Source of the DNA: Schmidtea polychroa | Lineage: Eukaryota | Assembly (NCBI GenBank): GCA_044892525.1 | Contig: CM097886.1 | Location: 74,214,001 to 74,278,000, forward strand | Reading direction: 5' to 3' | Length of the DNA stretch: 64,000 nt | Shown: positions 28,198 to 42,400 of the stretch, piece after piece | Numbering within the stretch: position 1 is the stretch's first letter | How the letters are laid out: each line of letters starts with the position of its first letter | Made by a program: the position numbers and the translations under genes | The notes under the pieces: model-generated | Told to the model about the DNA's origin: nothing | The model's database searches: none | Seen by the model: the letters and a program-made list of their open reading frames with translations, nothing else

Positions 28198-30487
28198 CAA
28201 TAATAATTATTTAATTTAACAACAACAATCCATACATACAATATACAAAAAAATATTTAAAAACATTTAAAACACAAGTATTAACTGCATTCTGCACATT
28301 AATTTTCGAATTCAATGACTTTATCAATAACGCCTCACAAATTATACATTCTCACTAATTATTGAAATTTTTTAATAAAATTTTAAAATCAGACATACCT
28401 ATTTTACTCTTACAACGCTTATTGTGCCCATTAATATTAGTCAATACCTTCGGCCTATAATGCTCTCGAGCTCGAATACAGAGATGACAGGAAGTCTCTC
28501 CCATGTGTGTGGCATTACACCCATTACATGTAAACTGATAAACGAGATCAGAACACAATCCAACTGGAGTTTGAGATTTATTAATAAAAATAATGCGTAC
28601 TTTGCATGATAATTATAATTATAATATATTCATATAATAATAATGATAATAACAATTATTATTCTTGCATGATTTTAATATTAGAAAGCCTTATTCAAAC
28701 ATATGTTTTATAATATATTTTAACAGTCACATTTTTATCATTATATAAGATACAGAAAAATTTATATACACCTAGGCCTTGCTTTGCGACGTAGATACGT
28801 TCCAAAATTTAGCGACGCAGTCTGAAACAACGCAAAGTGAATTAACATTTTATATGAGAAGCAATGTGAATATTGAATATAGGTTCCCAAAAAAATTCCA
28901 CAAGGAAAAAAACTAATGAAATTATTAATTTATGAAACAAATAAAAGAAACTTTATTAATTCATAAAAAATAGAAAATATGACATGAAAATTCAATTTCA
29001 CACAAAATTGCGAGATAAAGTAAAAAACTCTTTATTCACCTGTTTTAATTATATACGTAGATGTAGATGCTAGTTTCTGCGACTTTTCTTTAGCGAGATA
29101 TTTTTCGATGGTTAACTGAACAGCATTTTTTAAAAATTCTCTGTAAAGCTCCTTGTAGCAATTAATTCAATTATCTATCGCCCTAGCTACTTTAGATTTT
29201 CGATCAAAGCCAGAAATATTTTTTAAAAATTATCTCGACAGCATCATCAATCAAGCTCATTGCTTCGGAAGGCTCTTTTGATGACAATTTGGGTTGTTCG
29301 GTAATGTCTAATGAGCTGTTTCCTTTGTAGGTATATTCCAAATCGTCATTATTAATTTCATTGTTGTGTAAGGTTAGCAATTCATCAATATCCTCCTCTT
29401 TCATCTCTTCAAAATTGGACTGTGGCGAAATTTGCAATATTTTGTCGAACATATGTGGTCATCTTTCTCAGTGGTATAATCATTGCTTTTTCGGTGAACA
29501 CATTCTGACCAAATTTTACGCTAGACGTCATTCATACATGATGGTTTAACCTCATCCCACGAATCTGAGATAAAAAAACTGTAATAAAACAAATATCCAA
29601 ACAGAAATTATAAATAAACCAAAAATATTAAGAATGACATCTACATTTAACGGAGCAAACATCAAGAAAATGGTGAATTCAGATGGTGCAGACGTAAAAA
29701 TATTTTACACAAAAAAGGAAAGACAATTTATAATTAAAAAAAATTAACGACACAACTTCGAAAATTGGTATATTTTTAGGAGCGACGCAAGTTCAAAAGA
29801 ACGCAAAACGAAACGACACAAAGCGTGTATTGTGGATTTATTAAACGAATTCCAAAATAATTTTTTTATAAAATTATAAATAATTCATACCTAGATTTTT
29901 TTAATCAATCTTTAAATCTAAAATTGTTCTAACATTTACTTATCATATCAATTTAAACCATTGAACACATTTGAAAGCAATAACTATTTAAACACATTTA
30001 AACACACGTATTCAAAGCATTTTACACATTAATTTTTGGATCCGACGACCTTATCAAAAACACTGTACATATCACACGTTCCCAATAAATATTAAATAGT
30101 TTTTATAAAATTTTTAAATCTAACAAATCAACTTTACACTAATATTGACCAATCCATTCGTGTGAAAAATTTAAATAATAATTATGTACTATGTACAACT
30201 TTTATTTTTTGGTCTCCTTTGATTTGTTTTGGGATATTTTATTTATCTTCATATTGAAAAGTATTTTTTATTATACTCCACACAAATTTTCCGTTCTTTA
30301 AATAGTATAATAACTTAAGTATAATAAAAATTATTTGATATTTTATCAAAATGAAAATAAATGAAATATCAATAATATTTTATCTGTTTAATAAATCTAT
30401 AATATATTTAGTTATTTTACCTTACCTAATAGTGAAAGTTAGACTGTCCAAGCATATAGTAAAAAATATGCCTTTCTAATGACTTTC

Positions 30488-30546
<59 letters not shown>

Positions 30547-33421
30547 TTAGTATTAGTAATAAATATAAATTTCATTATTTTTTAATTTCAAAAAAATACA
30601 AGATTAGTAGACTAGTAATGCAGTTGGAATGGTAAAAATTAATCAGCCAAAATATATTCATTCACTGATTGTACATTGGTTTCTTAAAACATTACTATAT
30701 TTCACATACGTCTGATTAATAATAATATAAATCATCAATACACCTTCAATTGATTGTATATGGTAAATATATATTTTACTTGTATATGTTGACCTTGAAT
30801 CTATCAATGAATAGGATATTTTGAATCATGTCAAAAGTTGTTTCTGAAAGTAACCGACTTCACATACCCTTTTGTAAAATATTTTTTCTTTAAAACTTGT
30901 CATTCCCATTATTGAGTGCATTTTTAAACTGAATTGAAATATTATCGTTCTTTTTAAAATTAATTAATTTAGGATGAATGTATAAATTTCAAACAAAACT
31001 TCGAAGTTTGATTTAAAGTGCTGAAGTTATTTTAGGTTTTTACCATATTAAACTATTCTTCGAACATTTATTAATCCTCATACAGAAGTATACGTATTTA
31101 ATTAATACTATATTATGTAAAGACTAACTTCTGTTAAAAATATGAGGGTAAGGGATGGCCGCATATTATTTTGAAATTGTAAATTACATATTTATAGAAA
31201 AAATTTCTAAAGTCGTGAGTTGAACTTCAATTGGTTTTTATAAAAACTGTTTTATTCAATTTTATTGTTTAATTCTTTTACTGGGAATTAAATTTGATAT
31301 TGTTTCTGTCGGGGCAATTAATTTTTCACCGCTTTATCGATTTATCCTTTTGCATAAAACACATTTTAATTTATTATCGTCCTGTTTGACCGGTATAGGA
31401 TGAAAACAGGAAATGAAACCTGGAATTTTACGAAGTTGCACACATTTTGCAAATGACGATACTCGTTTGAAAAACATTAAAACAATGATTAAACAAACAA
31501 AGGATACATATATGGCATGTTTCATCGACGAGACCATGGTGAAATTCAAAGGCCGCTTATTCTCTCATCAAAACCAAGCTCCAAGTGGAGAATAAAATGT
31601 GGTCACTTTGTGATTCCGAAACTGGTTTCCTGATGAAATATAATATATACACCGGGGAAGAGCGAGCGTCCACTCCCAAAGAGGGGCTTGCATTTAGAGT
31701 GATGTCTAAATTATTGGAAATTTTGAGGATAAAGGTCACATACTATACGTAGATAAATTCTATAGTAGCGTTGACCTATTTGATAATTTACACTAGAAGA
31801 AAACTGGAGCATGTAGCACAGTGAGAGTGAACCGGAAAGGACTGCCTCCAACCATGAAAACCACAAAACTCATTTGTGCAGTCTACCTGTTATATGGGAG
31901 AGAAAAGACAAGAAAATTCTAGTCTGTTCATGGCAAGATACGGGAAGGGTCAACGTTTCCCCAACTGTGGGAAATGCAAGGGTAGCCGATGTTGAAGTGT
32001 GAAGCAAAAAAGGCCTCTCGACTGTTAAAAAGCCATGTATACAACGTCTATATAATAAAAATATGGGTGGGGTTGATCGGTTCGATCAATTATGTGCGAA
32101 TTATTCATTTGATCGAAGAAGCATAACATGGTATCAAGTGTTTTGACATTTTATTATTGAAGTGGCACTCGTCAATGGATACATTTGTTATAATGAAATG
32201 AATACAAAAATCACACAGTGAAAGTTTCGAGAAATGGTTATAGACGGTTTATTTAGAAACTATAATAAAAATATACCATCAAGGAAGAGAGCAAAATGGG
32301 TGAGCCTACGCAAATTAGGTTATGTGATCAGTATTTCATGAATAAACACAATGACAATAAAAAGCAAATTTGTATTATATGCAGCATATTGTCTCTCGTT
32401 TGCAAAATTTTTACAACACGAGAAGCATTACCCGACGATTCCCCGAAGCAATAAGAAAATATGCGATGCTTGTTTTTTTCTTGGAGTGGTTGTAAACGTG
32501 CTGCTTTGTTTACAGCCCCTATTTTTTGTAATGTTTTTGTATACAAAAATATTGCACAAAAAAAATTCTTAGTTAGTGACATTATTTGGAACTCTCTTTA
32601 TATGCAATACACTTCTCTGTTAAGACGTAATTATATGATACACATATATTGCAACATTTAAAAGACTTTTATGTATGACCACTTATGCCATTACGTTTTT
32701 ATTTTCCCACCCTCTTACCTCAAATAACAACAAAAAATGTTGATGGAAACATGTATGAAATAATAAATTATCATAAAAATAATCAAAATAAGCACTTTCT
32801 TTGCATGGATTGTTGTCATTTTTCGCAAAATTATTAAAAAAAACACCTGGCGCACCTAAAAGGTTAATGTTTTTATATCTATAATTTGGAATCGATGGTT
32901 TTTGTCGGTTGTTGAATTTTATACGTATCGTTTCTCCACCCCTGAAAAAATAAATTTTCTATACAAAACAAATTAAATATTTGACCTTTTGTTATGATGA
33001 AAATAAATGAAATAGAAAAAACATATCATAGGAAACTTAAAAAAATAAAAGATTTTACTGATGTTTGTAAATATATAAATTCTCATGTGAATTCATATTT
33101 CATGTGTAATCCAAAAGAATTTTATTATTATTTACAATGTTTAATTTTGATTTAGGTCAGATCTCATAAAAATATGCTTGCTGGGAGGTGATTGTCATTT
33201 AAGCTCAGTTTTGCGTGTATTTGTTGATCAGATGAATCTTAATTATTCTAAAGAAATTGTCAATTGCTTTCGATTTTTTCTTATTCCAATCACTGGTTTT
33301 TGTTTAACTGCTTCGACAACATCGAATACCTTCATTAATCCTGGTAAACTTTGTGGTATTTCTATATCTTTATTAAATAAATCCGGATAAACAATATTAT
33401 TGTGATTGTAGTAACATAAAA

Positions 33422-33485
<64 letters not shown>

Positions 33486-36400
33486 GTAACTGAAGAATTT
33501 TACATAATGAAATTATTGAGCACCATAACGATTAAGTTCTATCTATTTTTATTGTGTTACCTTTATTTGGCAAACGACATCGTCATTGATATTTTTTGAA
33601 TATAATTATAGATTTCATTGCAGACATGCTATCAAACTAATAATTATCATAAGAAATCGGTCACAAATTTGATCTATTTAATAATAGATGCGTTCATTAT
33701 TTGCCATTATATTGTTATTAATCATACAATAGCATAATATTGATAGCTCTCGGTTGGTGATGAATAAAAATTACTTTTGGTTGTTTTATTACCTCGTTCA
33801 TATCGGTATTTATTTTACTGCTATATAAATATAATGAAAGATGTTTGTTAATATAATAGGTTTTATCTGCACAGATGAATGACGTGAATTCATTTATATT
33901 TCATAAGACCATGAACAGTGAAAATTGTTGTACAATTTTGAAATATTGTCTACTACAGTGATATAAAAATTAGGCACGACAACATGAAAATGTTAATTGT
34001 ATCCATTCCTCTTTGACTGCTCCTTAATTAATATTTGATCATAATTCCAACCATGGTCTATATTTAAATATTGAAAATGTGCGTGATATTGAATTGCTCA
34101 TGAAAAGTTCGAGAATAAAAGTGACAAATTCATTGACCATAGTTTAGATATACTGAAGCAAATTGAATTGTAATGGATTAAAAAAAAGACAAATGAAATG
34201 TTTATTGCCATTTTAGTTTTCATTTCCATTGTTTTATTCAATATATATGATTATATAATCATTTTTTATTGAATAAGCACATCTTTTTAAGTTTGTAGTA
34301 ATATGAAAATGATAGTTAAGTTGTAGAAATATATTTGTATTTTAAATCTTTGACATATTTGTTTATTTATTCAAAAATGAATATTATTTCCCTAATTAAA
34401 ATTTATGCAGTCAATAAGATTTTAAAGTATTATCCAGACACTTATTGCTAGATATGTTACCTTCACTAATTTTCATGATTGAGGTTGCACTTAATATATT
34501 GGACGATTCGTAAAAAATCCCTGTACATTAATGACTTTCGGTGTTGCAATAAGATGAATTTGTTGGTTAAATTATTTATCGGACAAATCTCAAACTTGAT
34601 GTATTGTTATATGATTGTAGTTTGTAGTAGTCGTTTTGAAATGTGTAATAGTTTGTTAAGAATAAGATGCTAAAAATTAAACTATAAAGTTAAATAAAAT
34701 TTGAATTGTTCAATAAAATAAGAGTTATTGTTATTAAGTAAATGATATAATCCATTCCAGTTTATGTTTGTTGACATTTTAATGATGCGGCATGTTTCAG
34801 CGTAAAATAATGAGTAAACTTTAATTGTTTCTTTGAAAGTTTGATCGTTATCTTAAATGTTTTCAATTATTATTTTTATTATTATTATTTATTAGAATTT
34901 TTTTTTACTATGAATCAAGTAAAGATATCGATGTTTTTTTGATATCTTTACTGATTCATAGTCTAAAACATTTCTAATAAATACAATATCCATTGAAAAG
35001 AAATCAGAGGTGAAAATTGTAAAAACTTTTTATAATATTATTATTAGTATTAAGTCTAAGTTTATTTTAGTCTCCACTTTTATTGTTTCTGTAGAGATAA
35101 GTTTTCCTCCCTACTGTGTTCCTGGTAATTAATAATATAGTACCATCTTTCACTTTATTAAAGTTAATGGATTATAGCGGAAAGTTCGAATACTTCTTAT
35201 GTTTTTTATCATCAATTTGAAATGTTTTTTGTTTCATCATTTTCTTTCCATGCATATTTTTATTCAACATTTATTCCCTATTATCTTTTAAGTTTATAAT
35301 AAGATTTATCTATTACAATAAAATTGTTTGATTCTTTCATTTAGGAATCACAATACACAATAGCATGGCTCGACGGCTATGCTCAATTGATTCCAAATAT
35401 GCCTCTCTTTTTGCCGAGTTTATCCAGATGGAAAATATATCATCATCATATTCTATAGTCGAGCGGAATAACAAATTCCTATTTGGAGTTCATGACTATC
35501 TGCAGGCAAACAGCACTCTGCAATGTCCAATTGGAGACTGTTTGATAGCATGTAGTGTTAGGCAACAGAATATGACTCAAGGTATAATTTTATTAATAAT
35601 AATTTATAATCATTTTGTCATATATTTTTCTTTAAATGTTTTAATGAACATAACTATAGAATTTCAAAGTTCATTAGACTATTGAAAGTATTTAAATTAA
35701 TTAATAAATAAAATAATTGATATGGATTATTATTATAATTCATTCTATTTAATATATACTTTGCAGCAAAAAGGCTTATATTATCATTTGTTTAAAATAA
35801 TTATTATTACTTTCTATATTTTATTGACGCTGCTTGTTGGAAACCATCATTTTATAGAAAAGCATAAATTGCTATATGAAAAATGAAGTATGCAAGACGA
35901 TTGACAGACCAATATGACCATAAGACTCAAACTTCGTAATCGTATCAATGCAATGTGTAAATAACAAATTCTAATTAGACGCAGCAAAGATACAAGTTAC
36001 TTGGCGAATAGCAAATAAAAAAAAATAAATAAAAAAAACCCACAAAATAATAATTTAGAACAAATAGCATATGTTTGTTGTAAACAGGTAAAAACAAATC
36101 ATGTTTGAACAGGAATTTCATTATAGACATTTTTGTCCACATTACGGTCAACGTGCATTTTTTTATACCTAGAAATCTGTATGACACCATAAAATAAATT
36201 AAGCGGCAAATTATTAATTTAAAAAAAAGAAGAATTTACATTGAAAAATTTTTCAAACTTAAGTTTGTATTCAGGCGTTATTTACATTTAAAAAATAATT
36301 TTGACAAAAATGTCCACAATACCATATAAAGATGAGTGTAGATATTTCTAAATAATTGCTTAACCCTTTCAATAATGTAAGGACATATTGTCCCAGAGAA

Positions 36401-39400
36401 TTTCTAATAATTACTAAAATAATTTAAATGCTTAAAAATGCATTGGGATCTGGAATTTTAGTGCTGTACGGTCATAGGCTCGTAAATAAGTCTAAATCTG
36501 TCTTCTTTATTGCTGTTTGCTGTCTGATTTTTTTCTTTTCTATAAAATTTTGTCAGTCTAGAATCTAGATGTTGCTAACAAACAGTAGACAAGTGTCACG
36601 CGTATTACTAACTGTGTTTTTATATGTGCTGTGCTCGGAATTGCCAAGTAAGCTATTTATAACTTTATTTTACTTATTTAGTTTGCAGCAATAGTTTTTG
36701 AGTTTTTTTATTTCCAAAAATGAAAATGGGACTTATATGTCCCAATAGTGTTAATTATTTGGATATTATGTCCCATCAGTATTGAATAACCAATATATTC
36801 AAAATTTTCGTTTTAGAATGGATAAACCTTTGTCAGATCATTTATTTAAATATTTGTTTTTCCCGTCAAACTAAATTAGCAATAAATATTTTGTTCTATA
36901 AATATTACATGAATTATTAAAATAAAAAAATCGTATTGAAAGGGTTGAGCGATAACAGTGGTTTTGAAAACCTTTATTTTGATAAAGCAAATTACCTCTC
37001 GGAGAATAATCACAGTATTTATAAACGAGTCATAACATGTCTAATTTTAACTATTACCAATTTTAATGAAATAAGATCAAATGATTTTCATTCTGGAAAA
37101 TGGCGTTTATTTCACTATCAGACATTTTTCTAACTTGTTCTATGAATATTTTATGATTACCATTTAATGATTTTTAAATAAATTTGCGATATTGGAAATA
37201 ATGATGACGTAGGTACTTAATGAGATATATTACAAAGAATGTGTTATTAAAAAAATAACTAAATATAAAAAGTATAATATTGATGTTTAACTTTTTATAT
37301 CTAAAATAAATTTCCTTTTTCTTAAATGCCTATTTAGTTTATTTGTGCCTTCAAATATTCACGAAAAAAGATGCAATCATTTAAAAGAAAAAAGTCGAAA
37401 CAAAATGTCATGAATTAAATAACAATAAAAAACAAGATATAAGCAAAGCACAATTCGAATATTTCAGAGATCTCTTGCAAATAAATTCATGTTGAGCGTA
37501 GGATCAATTAACAAAATTTTAAAAAACAAAGAATAAAGCCACAAAGATAAACGAATTAATTTTTCGAATGTTGATTAAAGGTTTCTGAGTGTTCATTTCC
37601 TATATCGTATAATTAATAAAATATAAAAAATAAAATAAATAAAAATAATTATTATCAATTATAAAATTAATTTTAGCAATAAATTGGTTGGTTTATTCAA
37701 TATAATTAAATTAATCAATTTACAAAAAAATGAAGAAAATATTTGGGTATTTGTATGTTTCCTTATGATTTGAATGAGATATTTCATATACTAGTCATCT
37801 GGGGAGTGCAAATATTAATTCTTCACAAATGCAATTTAGGATCAAAGTCCTTGAGTTCATGGTGTTTTTGCCTGGAAAATTATTTACTTGTGATATTGTT
37901 TACTAAACAAACTATAAGTAGATTCTTTCCTTTTACGGGCATGTGTTTTAAGGTCGAACTTTCTCAGAGAATTTCAATAACAATCGCAGTCATTCAATTG
38001 ATATTAAATATGTTAGGTGAAAGATAAATATAAAAAAGAATATTATCTGACGGGAATTATAGTGTAGTTGTTGTAGGTTAAACTTAATATTAGCACTTAA
38101 TGCATTGATTATCATTATTCCAGGTTGGAAAACTTTTTAATAGGATTTGAATGGTTTGCAATTTGTCATTTGGTTTAATTTTAAATGTTCAACTAATTAT
38201 TTTGACAAAAATTACCGGAAATAGATTTAGATGTGGTGATTAAATTCTATGAATACTAATTATCTAGAAATAAATTGTGAAACGGTGCTGATATACATCA
38301 ATTTGTTAAGTTTGATTAATAGTTCTAAATTTGTTTAAAATCAGACACCTTATTCAGTTTCTGATAAAGGTATTTAAAAATTATGTTTAAAGAAAATTAT
38401 TCGTTTTATCACTATTCGATCATTGTCATCTGTAAATTACTTGAATTGCAGTGTGAAAGAATTGCATGGAAATCGAGAGGAAATAAATAAAATTTATAAG
38501 GATTGTTTTTACCCCGTGGTGGTCAAACAAAATTTGTAACCCATAGTATGATAACCTATATATAAAGGACAACTATAAATTATTGTGCAGATAAAATACA
38601 TGTGACACTGTAACTATATGATAGAAAGAGAATACAGAGCTCCAACAAGATGATGCTCTTTGTCAATTTGTTCTGCGAGTTAGACTATTTTTAAAGAGAA
38701 AATCCTTAACAGATGGATTTGAAAAGATGGACCGTTTTTTGTCTCCACACTCGACGGATTTGAGTTTTATCGGGATATGTAAAAACCAATGTTTGTTCAA
38801 CCAAATGTAAGTCTCTCGAAACTTGCATGATGAGTTAACTGATTTGATTGCTGACATTTCTGAAAATCAGCTCGAAAATGTTTTCAGGAAACTATATAAT
38901 CGCATTCCCTTTTGTATTAGTAATGATGATGGACCTGTTGAAAATTAACAAGAGCAATAAAAAAATTAGGTGCTTCTTCGTTACTTTGCGTTTTACAGAT
39001 TCTTTGCATAGTTACCAGTATTTTTAATTACACACAGACCAATGGACACCCTGTATTTAAAAAAAAATATGATAGGCTTCGAATAACATTATCTTCTATT
39101 CAATTAATAATACATAAAAGACAATTTCAAAAGTTCTTTTCTCTTTAGAATGTCTCCAGTTTTAGTTTGACATAAATGTTACAAGAATATATATTTACCT
39201 CTCAATTCTTTAATTGTCTGGTTATTTAGAAATTAATTTTATGTGCCTCCGCTGGAAAATATATTTCAAAGTCATTTCAGAACTGTAAAATTATAATAAA
39301 AATTTTCACAATCACATATAAACTTTGCCCTTATGTACTAACCTCTTTTTTGGATAGATAGTTCTTTATGCTGATGGCCCTTTTTGTCATGGGCCATTAT

Positions 39401-42400
39401 GTCGGGTCATTGGCGAAATTATCTTATATTACTTATTGAAACAAGTGTTTATATAAAAACGATATTCGGGACTGACAAGTAATTGTTTATTAAAAAATTA
39501 GACGGTTAAGTGTTAACTCAAGTACGATTCAATTAGTAAAGAATTTCATTTTGCACATTTTAAGTGTGTTCGGTTTGTTGCCATATAATTTATCTTTGTT
39601 TAATTTTTGTATTTTTAAATATTCGCAAAAGGATAATAAATAAATAATATAAAATAACAATATAAATAATAATATAAATAATATAAATATATAAATAATA
39701 AAAGTCCAAAGATTGATATAACTCATAAATTTGCATTTTAATGTTTTTTAGATTTGTATCGATTTTTACTAAAAATTTTAATTTTTTCCGTAAATTATTT
39801 CAATATAGCCCTAGGAAGAGTTTTTTGGAAATTCGTCTATGATGAGCATCAGCAATCAAATTTCATAAACGATTTTAAGTCTCAAAAAAATTTTGACATT
39901 CATTTTAATTTTTTTTTAATTCTTGAACATAAATTTTTAGAAATAATAGCTCTAGTTTAATTATTTCAATTTTATTTCAGTCATATTCTTCGTGTAGCCG
40001 TAGCAAGCTGCTGTATATTCATTATATCTAAATCTGCAAACTGCAATGTATAAATAAATATGGAAAAATTTAATTATTTGAAATAAAAATTATTTTTACT
40101 AAAATATTAATAAGAATTAAATTGATCTCTTTTTTGAGTGGTATTTTTGAAATTATTTTCCCAAATATAAAACTCAACTTTGTCTTAATAATTTTAAGCA
40201 TTCTTAACTTAAAAGTTTATTAAAATTTTATCTAAAATAAATTGCAGAAATATTATTTTCAATGAATTTATTTTTCAAAATGTGCATCGATGTGATCGAA
40301 AGCATCATGCACATATAGTCAATCTCTATTATTGAGAAGTAGTAGCAACCTTGCTCTCAACCTGGGAGGTCCTCAAATTCCAGTCTTTGAAATGTAATAT
40401 ATTTGTTTAAAAATGCTGTGTCACCACAATTTTTTACTCAATAAGAAAAGCAAATTTTAAATTGAATAGAGAAATTTGTTTAGAATCACACTTGTTTATT
40501 ATAATAAAAAAATTTTGCTTTCATTTTTAACTTTTTTCTTTTTGTTCTTCTTTGATCTGTTTTCGTTTTTTCTTAGTGATATTTCATTCAAAATATTGAA
40601 ATTAATTTATACAGCTTTGCTTTTATCAATTGATCATTTTTGGACTTTTTGTCAGAATGAAAATAAATTAATTTTTCTTTTTCTGTTCATAATCGTACTA
40701 GCCAATAGTTGCGTACAAAATACATCGCACAAATTCAAATTTGTAATAAAATGTATGAATATTAATTACCATGAAGTGATAAGGAAATTCGTTACAAATC
40801 AGGTTTTGCTAAAAGAAATATCAACCTGCATAAAAATTCTTTTCCAGTAAGATTATTTTAATTTCATTATGAAATTAAACTGTATCATTTTATTAAACAA
40901 TAAAAGTTAATTATTAAGAAGTTTTATTTTTTTCAAAATATTGTTTGGATATTTTTTATGTTTGTGTAAGTCTTATACTATAAGGTATACTGAATATATG
41001 TCACCGATTATTTACAAATAGTTTTATTTATTATTCACAGGGGTTCTTATAAAATGTCTTGCTAATAGTACTGATTAAGACAGTGGAATGAATGTCACAA
41101 TCATTAAAATGCTCTATTTTCACAAACTAACGTTTTCCCTTGAAAATCCTGATTATTATTATAATGGAATGGTGAGAATATGTGAATTTTAATTATATTA
41201 TTCGCAACAAATATACAAGTGCCCGTGTAGATAGTGTAATTGGGTTATTCCCAAATACCAACAGGAACTTTCATATAATAATAGCAACGGTTATTTTCAT
41301 AAGGAAATGTGTCCACAACCGTTCTGTAACATCGACAGAGTTTTTTTGCAGACTTGTCTATTATCTACATGATCTTATGCTGTTCTGTATATTATGTTAC
41401 AGAAGGCCAATATCAAACATTATATAGGCGAATTCACCTACAGATTTCTTCTGATTTGAATATACTCAACTGACCGTTATTATGTCTCAAACAAATCAAA
41501 CATAACTTTTGAAAGCTAGATAATTTTTTTAAACTACTTTCCAACATTAATTGTTAAAAAGTTCTAATATTAATTGGTTGTCTTGATAAATCATTTCTTT
41601 AAAATTCTGTTTCATTCTTGTGTATTTAATTGATGAATTTGACAGCCTTTGATATAATCTATTAAAATATCAAATCAAAAAATAATAATTTTGAATTTTT
41701 CCTCAAATATTGATTTAATACATCGTTTAATGTTTTTGATAAATATTGCAAATAAATCTTACTAATGGGAAATCTTTTCAAATTGATTCAATATAATGCA
41801 ATTATATACAGTGTAGAACTCTGTTAAATTACAGAATCGCAGAATGTATATTATCGGTGTAGTGTGTGTGTGTGTGCGCGTGCGTGCGTTCTAATATGTA
41901 TGTGTGTCTGTTTTAGAACTTTATGACGTAATGTCATTGAATTTGGCTCGTGTTCGTGTATTTATGGGATCCTAGTCAATAGTTGCGTACAAAATACATC
42001 GCACAAATCTTTCATAAATTTTAATTTGAAAATTATGCCCACGCACATGTTAGCGATGAAATACTGAACGAAAAATTTAGTTTAGTAAAATAAATGTATT
42101 TTTAGATTGCGATTCCAGTGCTGAATCTTTTATTCCTTTCGTTTGTGAAGTCCGACTTGGTGAGACATCTGATGTTGTTTGGAGTAAAAATGATGGTAGC
42201 ATGGACGATCAGTGGCTCAATAGTACCAGTAGTTCACCACCACGCAGTCCAATTATTGGCAATGTTGAAACTAATGTCAAGTTAGTATGTTAAATAATAT
42301 TATTAAATAATTATTATTGACAGTTTTCGATTTACTGATGGAAATTGATTTTGCACTTTTCTCTGTTTATAGAAGTGTTTTGGCTAAATATGTACCGAGA

